Source of the DNA: Candidatus Woesebacteria bacterium GW2011_GWC1_42_9
GTDB taxonomy: Bacteria; Patescibacteriota; Microgenomatia; UBA8517
DNA: 64,000 nt
Direction of reading: 5' to 3'
Assembly: GCA_000995185.1 (NCBI GenBank)
Contig: LCET01000003.1
Span: forward strand, 6,989-70,988
The translations under genes were made by a program, and so were the position numbers. Each line of letters opens with the position of its first letter. Within the stretch, counting starts at the first letter, position 1. This document shows, piece by piece, positions 26,980-35,528 of the stretch. The notes under the pieces are model-generated. The model had not been told where the DNA came from. It ran no database searches and worked only from the letters and a program-made list of their open reading frames with translations.

Positions 26980-27016
26980 AGTGCGCAGGGTATCTTAGGG
27001 TTTTATTTTTGTATTG

Positions 27017-27044
27017 TTGAAATTTACTAATAATGTGTTATCAT
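27017..27044 (+). promoter_or_regulatory. Candidate promoter for rpsO-pnp (-35 TTGAAA, 16 nt, extended -10 TGtTATCAT)
   Basis: Hexamers at 27017-27022 and 27039-27044. It is preceded by a hairpin (26963-26984) and a T-rich tract after the upstream gene. Confidence 0.35.
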
Positions 27045-27102
27045 TCTCTGACGAAGACAAGGTTTGTTCAATTTTAGAACCTACTTTAGTTTATCGATTA
27101 GT

Positions 27103-27369
27103 ATGTCATTAACTACAAAAGAGAAGAAAAAAATAATTAAGAAGTTTTCTCGAGAAAAAGGAGACACAGGGTCTCCTGAGGTTCAGATAGCTCTATTAAC
27201 CTCTCAAATCGAGAAACTTTCAGAACACTTGAAAGGACACAATAAAGACGTTCATTCAAGGCGCGGCCTCTTGAGCATGGTCGCAAAAAGACGTAGACTT
27301 TTAACGTATCTCCAAAAGCGAGATGAGGATCGCTTCAGAGTCCTCGTTAAGTCTTTGGAATTGAAGTAA
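27103..27369 (+). CDS. rpsO: 30S ribosomal protein S15
   Basis: '[15 protein letters not shown]...[11 protein letters not shown]...HSRRGLL...RRRLLTYL' matches S15. Confidence 0.9.
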   Translation: MSLTTKEKKKIIKKFSREKGDTGSPEVQIALLTSQIEKLSEHLKGHNKDVHSRRGLLSMVAKRRRLLTYLQKRDEDRFRVLVKSLELK

Positions 27370-27373
27370 ATAA

Positions 27374-30300
27374 ATGAAAGTAATTAAAAAGAGTATTAAT
27401 CTCGGAGATCGAGAATTAACCCTCACTATCGGAAAATTAGCTGAACAAGCCCAAGGGGCAGTACTCGCTCAATATGGCGAGACTGTTGTGTTGGCCACAG
27501 TTACTTCTTCTCGTCTCAAGGAAGATTTGGGGTATTTCCCTCTTACCGTAGAATATCAAGAGAGGCTGTATGCTGGTGGGAGAATAAAAGGTAGCCGGTG
27601 GGTAAAGCGGGACGGTAGACCTGCCGATGACCATATTCTTTCTGCACGTCTCATTGATAGATCCATCCGCCCTCTTTTTCCGAAAGAATATGATAATGAA
27701 GTCCAAGTTGTTGTAACTGTCCTTTCTGTGGACTTGAAGAATGACCCGGTAGCAATTGCCCCTGTTGCCGTTTCCGCCGCGCTTGCTCTCTCCCCAATTC
27801 CCTGGCTTGGACCGATAGGATCGGTAACCGTTGGGATGAGTGATGGTAAGTTTGTTGCTAACCCTCAAAATGGCGATCTTAAAAATTCAAAAATGGAATT
27901 GGTTGTTTCATCCACCGACAAAGCCATTGTGATGATTGAAGCTGGTGCAAATGAAGCCAGTGAAGAAGATATTTTGGGAGGTGTCGAGTTTGCATATAAA
28001 GAGTCCAAAAAGATAATTAAATTTATTAGTGACTTAGTCAAGGAGGCGGGGTCTAAAAAGGAAGCAATTGAGAAGGAGAAAGCTGACCCTAAGCTAGAAT
28101 CTAAAGTCAAAAAGATCGTTTCAAAGGAGTTGGAAAGCTTAGCCAAAAAAATTGCCGCTAAGGAAGCAAGCTTTGGGGATCTTGATGTGTTGAAAGCTTC
28201 CATGGTGGACCATGTGGGGGAAGAGAATTTGGAAAAAGCAGTTGAACTAATCGAGGATCTCTTTAAAGAGGAAGTTAGATCGATTATTTTGGGCGGGAGC
28301 AGGCCTGACGGTAGAAAATACGAAGAAATAAGGAAGCTCAGTTCCGAAGTGAGTGTGTTGCCAAGGACCCACGGGTCAGCGATTTTTAAGCGCGGGTCTA
28401 CACAGGCGCTTACAGTCACCACATTAGGCGCGCCGTCACTAGGGCAACTAATTGAATCGGCCGAAGGGGAGGAAGAAAAGCGCTATATTCATCACTATTC
28501 TATGCCGCCATATGCCACAGGGGAGACGGGAAGGATTGGGTCACCCGGGAGGCGGGAGATTGGGCATGGTGCACTGGCCGAGCGAGCCTTGATTCCAGTA
28601 ATTCCTGGCAATGAAGAGTTTCCATACGCGATTTATTTGGTTAGTGAGATTATGAGTTCAAACGGATCAAGTTCAATGGCGTCGGTCTGCGGCTCGACAA
28701 TGTCTTTGATGGACGCAGGTGTTCCCATCAAAAGGCCAGTTTCGGGGATTGCAATGGGACTTGTGATAGACGCGAAGAAGATCGCAATTTTGTCCGATAT
28801 TGCTGGGATTGAGGACTACTACGGCGATATGGATTTTAAAGTTGCAGGATCAGTAAATGGCATTACCGCGCTTCAGCTTGATGTTAAAACTTTGTCACTT
28901 ACCCCAGACATATTGAAAAAGGCCCTTTCTCAGGCAAAAGCAGGACGCGCTGAGATATTAAAGTCTATGCTTGCGACCATTGATAAAGCCCGGGAAAAAG
29001 TCTCGGAGCATGCACCGAAAATAAAATCAACGAAGATTGATCCAAGCAAAATTGGTGAGGTCATTGGTCCGGGGGGAAAGACTATTAAAAATATTATCGC
29101 GACTACCGGGGCTGATGTTGACGTTGAAGATGATGGAACTGTCAGTGTTTCTGGGATAGATGGCGAGAAGGTAAACGAGGCACTCGCTTGGGTAGAGAAT
29201 CTGGTAAAAGAAGTTGAACCAGGTGAAATTTATGAGGGAACAGTTAAGAGAATAGAATCTTTTGGCGCTTTTGTCGCAGTGCTTCCTGGTAAAGAAGGGC
29301 TTGTGCATGTCTCTGATATGTCTGAAGGATTTGTGGAAGATGCGAATAAGGTAGTTAAATTAGGCGACAAAGTGCAGGTTAGAGTTAAGGAGATTGATAA
29401 CCTGGGGAGGATTAATTTATCAATGATTTTGGACCCAAGCAAAGAGAAAAAAAGGCCCCCTCAGAGAGATTTCCGCAAGGGCGGTCAAAGGAGAAGTTTT
29501 AATCGTCCCAGAGTGGGAAGGTCTGGCTCTGGACCGCATTTCCCGACAAGTAGATTAGTCTCGCAAAGGAGAGAAAAAGATAAAGGCTCACTGAAAATAA
29601 AAGGCGGCTCGGTGTTTAATATCAAAAACTTGGACGTCGAGGTGCCTCTCGGCCGGCTGGTTGCGGTAACCGGCGTATCGGGCTCGGGCAAGTCGTCGTT
29701 CCTCTACGAAATTTTGCACGAAAAGACTTTTTTGCCGGAACTAGATCGGATAGGCCGTTATGTTGACTGGATAGTTGCTCTTCCTTGGGAAAAGCGGACT
29801 AAAGACATCTTAGATATTCAAAAAGCTAAAGAAACAATGGATAAAAATCATTATGGATTGCTGGCACTAAAAGATCGAGTGATTGAGTATATGTCAGTCA
29901 TGATACTTAAATCTCAAAGTCGGGAAATTGCCCGTGCGCCGATATTGTGTTTTGTGGGATTAGTGGGGACTGGCAAAACAACAATTGCGGCGTCTATCGC
30001 GGAAGCATTGGGAAGAAAATTTGCAAGGATCCCATTTGGAGGGATGGGAGATCCGTTGGACCTTCGTGGGCAATCAAAAGCACATGCAGAAGCTGAACCA
30101 GGAAAGGTCATTAAAGCCCTTCGCAGCGCCGAGAGCAAAAACCCGGTGATCCTTTTGGATGAAATTGATCGAGTGACTGACGAAGGCAGAGCTTCGATAA
30201 TGGGTGTATTAGTCGAGCTTTTAGATCCCAGGCAAAACCAAGCTTTTGTGGACCATTATATCGATTATCCTTTTGATTTGTCTGAAGCTATTTTTATCGC

Positions 30301-30640
30301 GACTGCTAACAATACGACCGGGATAGCTACAGCAGTGATGGATAGGCTTGAGCCGATCACCATGCCAAGCTATACAGACCAAGAGAAAATTGAGATTGGA
30401 CGAAAATATTTATTACCCCGGGCATTATTGGAATCAGGAATCCCCAATGGAGCAATAGTTTTCGATGATGGTGTTTGGCCGCAAATTGTTCGCCCCTTGG
30501 GGTTTGATGCCGGGATCAGGACTTTGGAAAGGACTATTAAAGGTGTAGTGAGTAAAGTTGCGAGAATGGTTGTGGAAGGAAAGACCCAAACAATTACAAT
30601 TAATGGAGAAAATGTCAAAGAATATATGCCTCAATGGTAA
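27374..30640 (+). CDS. pnp: Polynucleotide phosphorylase (PNPase) continuing in frame into a UvrA-like P-loop fragment and a protease-less Lon-like AAA+ module
   Basis: Residues 1 to about 700 form a complete PNPase: two RNase PH domains, KH ('IGEVIGPGGKTIKNI'), S1, and a basic tail. An approximately 45-aa segment follows, 'NIKNLDVEVPLGRLVAVTGVSGSGKSSF', resembling the start of the second ABC domain of UvrA. The final approximately 340 aa, 'YVDWIVALPWEKR...HYGL...ILCFVGLVGTGKTT...ILLDEIDR...LLDPRQNQAFVDHY...FIATAN', are collinear with the end of the Lon N domain and its AAA+ domain. No Lon protease domain. Confidence 0.75.
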   Translation: MKVIKKSINLGDRELTLTIGKLAEQAQGAVLAQYGETVVLATVTSSRLKEDLGYFPLTVEYQERLYAGGRIKGSRWVKRDGRPADDHILSARLIDRSIRPLFPKEYDNEVQVVVTVLSVDLKNDPVAIAPVAVSAALALSPIPWLGPIGSVTVGMSDGKFVANPQNGDLKNSKMELVVSSTDKAIVMIEAGANEASEEDILGGVEFAYKESKKIIKFISDLVKEAGSKKEAIEKEKADPKLESKVKKIVSKELESLAKKIAAKEASFGDLDVLKASMVDHVGEENLEKAVELIEDLFKEEVRSIILGGSRPDGRKYEEIRKLSSEVSVLPRTHGSAIFKRGSTQALTVTTLGAPSLGQLIESAEGEEEKRYIHHYSMPPYATGETGRIGSPGRREIGHGALAERALIPVIPGNEEFPYAIYLVSEIMSSNGSSSMASVCGSTMSLMDAGVPIKRPVSGIAMGLVIDAKKIAILSDIAGIEDYYGDMDFKVAGSVNGITALQLDVKTLSLTPDILKKALSQAKAGRAEILKSMLATIDKAREKVSEHAPKIKSTKIDPSKIGEVIGPGGKTIKNIIATTGADVDVEDDGTVSVSGIDGEKVNEALAWVENLVKEVEPGEIYEGTVKRIESFGAFVAVLPGKEGLVHVSDMSEGFVEDANKVVKLGDKVQVRVKEIDNLGRINLSMILDPSKEKKRPPQRDFRKGGQRRSFNRPRVGRSGSGPHFPTSRLVSQRREKDKGSLKIKGGSVFNIKNLDVEVPLGRLVAVTGVSGSGKSSFLYEILHEKTFLPELDRIGRYVDWIVALPWEKRTKDILDIQKAKETMDKNHYGLLALKDRVIEYMSVMILKSQSREIARAPILCFVGLVGTGKTTIAASIAEALGRKFARIPFGGMGDPLDLRGQSKAHAEAEPGKVIKALRSAESKNPVILLDEIDRVTDEGRASIMGVLVELLDPRQNQAFVDHYIDYPFDLSEAIFIATANNTTGIATAVMDRLEPITMPSYTDQEKIEIGRKYLLPRALLESGIPNGAIVFDDGVWPQIVRPLGFDAGIRTLERTIKGVVSKVARMVVEGKTQTITINGENVKEYMPQW

Positions 30641-32289
30641 ACCTTAAATTTATAGCCTTATCAGGCTCCACTGGAGTAACCGAGAACCTTTATGTTTACG
30701 AGTACGGAGATGATTTGATAATGGTGGATTGTGGGGTAGGTTTTCCGGAGCCGGAGATGTATGGGATTGATTTAGTGATCCCAGATTTTTCCTACCTGAG
30801 GAGTAATCGCAAAAAATTGAAAGCTATTTTTATCTCTCACGGTCACGAGGATCATTTAGGAGCACTTCCATTTTTGCTTCGGGAATTTAAAGTGCCTGTT
30901 TATGGTACAAAATTGACGATCGGTTTTATCAATGACAAGCTTGAGGATTATAAGGTTTTTGGAGCGAAACTCAAAGTAATTGATCCTGAAGGACCTGCTG
31001 TTCGAGCTGGCAATTTAAGTGTGACCCCCTTTAGAATTGCTCATTCGGTTCCGGATGCGGTCGGATTTGTTATTGATACGCCTGTTGGAAAAGTTTTCCA
31101 TGTCCCTGACTATAAATTTGATTGGACCCCTGTCGATGGGAAGCCCTTTGATATCGCTCGCGCTTCGATGCTTGCGGCAGAGGGGGTACTCGCATTGGCG
31201 TCTGATTCTTTAGGGTCGACCACGCCTGGATATACTGAAAGTGAAAAAACTATCGAGGGAGAAATAGAAAATATAGTTAAAAAATCTCACGGTAAGGTAT
31301 TTTTTACGACAGTTTCTTCGAATATTTCCCGGATGCAGCAGGCTATAAATGTAGCGGTAAAGTATAATCGAAAAGTTTGTTTCGCAGGCAGATCTATTGA
31401 AAGGAAAGCCGAGATCGCTAAAAGTTTAGGGTATTTAAATTACAAACAGAATTGGATAGTAAGCCTAAACAAGTTGAGACGCGCAAATAGTAAACAGATT
31501 ATGTTTATAATTTCTGGTTCATATGGGCAAATGGGAAGTACGCTTTATAAAGTTGCCTTGGGGGAACATAAGAAGTTGTCACTCAGTCCTCAAGATACGG
31601 TTATTTTCTCAGCAGACCCAGCCCCTCCAGGATCGAAACAGAATGTTGATTATGTCGTTGATCGGTTAATTGAATCCGGGGTTGATGTTCACTACTATGA
31701 CATTCAAGAAAACCTGCATGTCTCAGGCCACGGCAGTCAAAACGACATCAGGACTCTTTTTGGTTTAGTTAAGCCAAAATATTTTATTCCAATTGGGGGG
31801 ACGATTAGACATAATCGGGCATACAGTGAGATTGCGCAGGGCATGGGAGCACGTAAAAATCAAGTATTTGAACTCTCCCCCGGCGAGGTGCTGGAATTTG
31901 GGCATGATGGCTCGGCAAGAAGAGGAAAATCAGTTTCAGCGCGGGAGATTTTGATTGACGGGCTGGAAGTTGGAGGGGTTGACAGTATTGTCTTAAGAGA
32001 CCGGAAGATACTGGCTGAGGAAGGCGTGGTGATAGTAGTAATAAAGTTTGACACCGTTAAGCGGCAAGTTCTAGAAAGTTTGGAGATTATTAGTCGCGGA
32101 TTTGTTTTTGAAAAAGCGAAAAGAGAATTTTTAAGGGTTTCCGCACAAAAATTAGTGAGTTTCTTAAACAAAAAGCAGATTAGGGATAGCCATACATTAA
32201 AAGCACAAACTGTAAATTTTTTGGAAATGCATTTTGAAAGAGCGACTGGCCGCCGCCCCATGATTCTTCCCGCCGTAATCGAATTATAA
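30634..32289 (+). CDS. rnj: Ribonuclease J (beta-CASP metallo-beta-lactamase RNase)
   Basis: 'IFISHGHEDHLGALP' (HxHxDH) and beta-CASP motifs; 551 aa. It overlaps pnp by 7 nt. Confidence 0.9.
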   Translation: MVNLKFIALSGSTGVTENLYVYEYGDDLIMVDCGVGFPEPEMYGIDLVIPDFSYLRSNRKKLKAIFISHGHEDHLGALPFLLREFKVPVYGTKLTIGFINDKLEDYKVFGAKLKVIDPEGPAVRAGNLSVTPFRIAHSVPDAVGFVIDTPVGKVFHVPDYKFDWTPVDGKPFDIARASMLAAEGVLALASDSLGSTTPGYTESEKTIEGEIENIVKKSHGKVFFTTVSSNISRMQQAINVAVKYNRKVCFAGRSIERKAEIAKSLGYLNYKQNWIVSLNKLRRANSKQIMFIISGSYGQMGSTLYKVALGEHKKLSLSPQDTVIFSADPAPPGSKQNVDYVVDRLIESGVDVHYYDIQENLHVSGHGSQNDIRTLFGLVKPKYFIPIGGTIRHNRAYSEIAQGMGARKNQVFELSPGEVLEFGHDGSARRGKSVSAREILIDGLEVGGVDSIVLRDRKILAEEGVVIVVIKFDTVKRQVLESLEIISRGFVFEKAKREFLRVSAQKLVSFLNKKQIRDSHTLKAQTVNFLEMHFERATGRRPMILPAVIEL

Positions 32290-32363
32290 ACCTATAATAT
32301 TGAAACTTCTTCAGATTTCTGGTAGAATGGCCTATCTATTCGGTAGTTTTGGAGCTGAATTCA

Positions 32364-32570
32364 ATGTTTGTTGAAATTGGCAAAACTTACGAAGTGGGAA
32401 TTGCCGAAGATATTATGCGTATGCACGCTCTTGTTGAAGTACTAGGGAGAAATCCTTATTTCTCCGGAGGGTGGCGATGCAAGATCGTAAGGCATCTTTG
32501 TGGGGAGAATACCTTGGATGTTGGAAAGGAAGCTACCTTTTTCCCAGACGAGCTTAAACCCCACAATTAA
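32364..32570 (+). CDS. Small hypothetical protein
   Basis: 68-codon ORF in the rnj-ftsK gap, preceded by an extended -10-like tggTAGAAT. No recognisable similarity. Confidence 0.25.
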   Translation: MFVEIGKTYEVGIAEDIMRMHALVEVLGRNPYFSGGWRCKIVRHLCGENTLDVGKEATFFPDELKPHN

Positions 32571-32590
32571 TTTATACCCCTGGTCATGCA

Positions 32591-32613
32591 CCGCTTGGCC
32601 AGGGGCAAGTTCT
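32591..32613 (+). promoter_or_regulatory. Candidate ftsK promoter (-35 TTGGCC, 17 nt, -10 TATAAT), overlapped by a hairpin (cccctggtca/tggccagggg)
   Basis: TATAAT at 32608-32613 is 17 nt before the ftsK ATG at 32630 (near-leaderless). A 10-bp imperfect inverted repeat lies at about 32571-32599. Confidence 0.35.
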
Positions 32614-32629
32614 TCACTATAATGATTAC

Positions 32630-35269
32630 ATGGGAAGGAAGCGCAGAAAGAAGGGCTCCAGAAAGTCATCAAGAGGATTTGGGATATCCCTTAAGAGGGA
32701 AACAATTTTTTCTGTGATCCAGATTGGTTTTTTTGCTCTTTCGGGACTTGTGGTGATCTCTTTTTCGAGAAGAGGGAGTGCCTTGGTCCGCTTAAATGAT
32801 TTATTGGTTTTATACTTTGCATGGTCAAGCATTTTTCTTCCATTTATTTTTCTCTCTATCGGATTTATGATTTCAAGATTGAGATTCCCCTTGGGGCAAG
32901 CCAACGTCGTCATTGGAATGCTTTTGTTTTTTGTTTCCTTTTCTACTCTCACGCGTGCTGGGATAGTAGGGCGCACCAGTTGGGAGGGGGTAGAGGTTTT
33001 AGTCACCCCTGCCGGGGCTTTTTTGGTGCTTTTGGGGACAAGCATTGCTGGATTAATTGTTCTTTTTAATACTTCCTTTGATCGGGTTTTAATTATTACT
33101 GGGGCAATTCTTCGGCAGATACGCTACTATCTGATCGGAGATAAAAGTTTTAAGACTCCAGGATTTTCTGGAAAACGGGGTTTAAAGGTCCTTGGGGGCA
33201 ATCAATCATCTCAGGGTAACCAAAAACCGATCTCCGATAAAGGCAATACGGAAGCGAAAGAAAGCCTTGCTCCTAAACTAGTCAGTAATATGCCGGGGGA
33301 TGACAAAGTTTGGAAATATCCTTCCCTAGACTTATTGGAAGGATCTCACCAAGGAAAAGCTGATCGAGGAGATATTAAAAGTAATGCGGCAGTTATTGAG
33401 CAGACCTTGGAAAGTTTTGGGATTACCGCGAGAGTGGTTGAGGTAAACCTGGGCCCTGCGGTAACTCAATACGCTCTCGAAGTAGCCTTGGGGACAAAAT
33501 TATCAAAAATTACGGCTCTTGAGCGCGACCTTGCGCTTGCTCTAGCCGCGCCAAATGGCTCAATTAGGATTGAAGCGCCCATTCCAGGGAGAAGTTTGGT
33601 CGGGATAGAACTCCCTAACAAGACTCCAGAGTTTGTACCTTTAAAGACGATGCTTTCATCAGAAGTGATGGAAAAGACTCAGTCTAAATTGGCGGTGTCC
33701 TTGGGCCTGGATGTGGCTGGGAATCCGGTGATTGCTGATTTGGCTGACATGCCGCATATCTTAATTGCGGGACAGACTGGCTCTGGGAAGAGTGTGTGTA
33801 TAAATGCATTTCTTAATACCCTTCTTTTTAGGGCTTCTCCGTCGGAAATAAAATTGATATTAGTTGATCCTAAGCGAGTGGAGTTAACAGGATACAACGA
33901 CATTCCGCATTTGTTATCCCCTGTGATCGTTGAGCCTGAGAAGGTCGTCTCTGCCTTGAGGTGGATACTTTCTGAAATGGATCGAAGATATAAGCTTTTT
34001 GCTCAAGCAGGAGCAAGAAACATCGCCGGGTATAATGAAATGAGTGGATTTCAAGCTCTTCCCTATATCATCCTTGTTATTGACGAGTTGGCGGATGTTA
34101 TGCTTTTTTCCCCAGCCGAGGTGGAGGACTCTATCACCAGAATTGCACAAATGAGCCGAGCCACAGGAATTCATATGATTTTGGCTACACAGCGCCCTTC
34201 AGTCGATGTCATCACGGGGTTAATCAAAGCAAATATTCCCTGTAGAATTGCGTTTGCCGTTTCCTCACAAGTTGATTCGCGGGTAATCCTTGATTCACAA
34301 GGAGCAGAGAAATTGTTAGGCCGAGGGGATATGCTTTACCTATCTCCATCTCAAGCAAAGGCCATGAGAGTGCAGGGAGCGTACGTCTCGGACAAAGAAA
34401 TTAATGCACTCATTTCGTTTATGAGAAACCTGGGAATTAATCCTCAATACACAGAAGAAGTGGTTGCAATGGCAAAACCGGGAAGTATGTCCGTTCCTGG
34501 GATTAATGGAGATACGGATGATAAATTTAGGGAGGCAGTGGAGCTTGTTTGTCAGTTTGATCGGGCATCGGCAAGTTTACTACAGAGAAGGTTGTCGGTC
34601 GGATATGCTCGGGCGGCCAGGATTCTTGATCAATTAGAGTCGGCCGGAGTGGTCGGGGGGAATTATCTTAAGAAGTCTCGTCTGTCAAAAAAATTATCTT
34701 TTGAGGATATTGAACGAGAGACAAGAATTAAAAAAGAATTCATCAAGTCGATTGAATCTGAAGATTGGGTGAACCTTCCGGAATTTACAGTGGTTGTAGG
34801 ATTTGTAAAAAACTTGGCCAGTTTCCTTAAAATAAACAGAACCAGAGCGTTGGCGTTATTAAGAAGGGATTACCCTCCGAGAAAACAGGAATTAGTCATC
34901 GAGCCAATCGCAATGAAAGTGTTTAAGTGGTCTCCGCGTCTAACTTTCTTAATAGGAATTGTGTTAATTGGCCTTACAGTGGTCGGGTATCTTGGTTTCC
35001 AATACAAGGGTTTTATTTCCCCCCCATTTTTGGAAGTAAAAACTCCGTATGAAAATCAAGATGTTTACGAACCAAGTCTATTGGTTACTGGTAGAACTGA
35101 CGCCGGGGCGACAGTGAGAGTAAATAACCAACCAGCTTTAATTGATGAAAGTGGTGAGTTTGTGTCTGAAATTGAGATTTCTCCCGACACAAATTCTGTT
35201 GAAATTAAGGCAATTTCCCGCTCTGGAAAAGAAACTATGGTTCGTCGTACAATTAACCCCAAGTTTTAA
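32630..35269 (+). CDS. ftsK: DNA translocase FtsK/SpoIIIE with a C-terminal RodZ-like HTH-TM-periplasmic extension
   Basis: N-terminal TMs, a motor domain ('ILIAGQTGSGKSV', 'ILVIDELAD') and a gamma domain ('LLQRRLSVGYARAARILDQLE'). About 200 extra aa follow: 'LSFEDIERETRIKKEFIKSIESEDWVNLP...VVGFVKNLASFL', a RodZ-type HTH, then a TM helix and a beta-rich domain. Confidence 0.8.
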   Translation: MGRKRRKKGSRKSSRGFGISLKRETIFSVIQIGFFALSGLVVISFSRRGSALVRLNDLLVLYFAWSSIFLPFIFLSIGFMISRLRFPLGQANVVIGMLLFFVSFSTLTRAGIVGRTSWEGVEVLVTPAGAFLVLLGTSIAGLIVLFNTSFDRVLIITGAILRQIRYYLIGDKSFKTPGFSGKRGLKVLGGNQSSQGNQKPISDKGNTEAKESLAPKLVSNMPGDDKVWKYPSLDLLEGSHQGKADRGDIKSNAAVIEQTLESFGITARVVEVNLGPAVTQYALEVALGTKLSKITALERDLALALAAPNGSIRIEAPIPGRSLVGIELPNKTPEFVPLKTMLSSEVMEKTQSKLAVSLGLDVAGNPVIADLADMPHILIAGQTGSGKSVCINAFLNTLLFRASPSEIKLILVDPKRVELTGYNDIPHLLSPVIVEPEKVVSALRWILSEMDRRYKLFAQAGARNIAGYNEMSGFQALPYIILVIDELADVMLFSPAEVEDSITRIAQMSRATGIHMILATQRPSVDVITGLIKANIPCRIAFAVSSQVDSRVILDSQGAEKLLGRGDMLYLSPSQAKAMRVQGAYVSDKEINALISFMRNLGINPQYTEEVVAMAKPGSMSVPGINGDTDDKFREAVELVCQFDRASASLLQRRLSVGYARAARILDQLESAGVVGGNYLKKSRLSKKLSFEDIERETRIKKEFIKSIESEDWVNLPEFTVVVGFVKNLASFLKINRTRALALLRRDYPPRKQELVIEPIAMKVFKWSPRLTFLIGIVLIGLTVVGYLGFQYKGFISPPFLEVKTPYENQDVYEPSLLVTGRTDAGATVRVNNQPALIDESGEFVSEIEISPDTNSVEIKAISRSGKETMVRRTINPKF

Positions 35270-35272
35270 AAT

Positions 35273-35521
35273 ATGGAAGGAGTGCAAACATTATTGGTAG
35301 TGGTAGTTATTGCTCTTACGACATTGCTTGTGATTGTCGGAATACAGGTAATCTTAATTATCTTGGATCTGAGACGAGCTTTGCGTAGGCTAAATTCTAT
35401 TCTTGATGATGCGATTTTGGGTGGCGGGCTGATTAGTCCTGGGAAATTAACCGGCATTGTTGAAATGTTCAGGCGTAAAAAGACAATGAAGACCCATGGA
35501 TCGCAAGAGAATACTGTATAA
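35273..35521 (+). CDS. Small membrane protein (hypothetical)
   Basis: 82 aa with an N-terminal TM 'LLVVVVIALTTLLVIVGIQVILIIL'. Tightly packed between ftsK and alaS. Confidence 0.35.
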   Translation: MEGVQTLLVVVVIALTTLLVIVGIQVILIILDLRRALRRLNSILDDAILGGGLISPGKLTGIVEMFRRKKTMKTHGSQENTV

Positions 35522-35528
35522 TTTGGGC

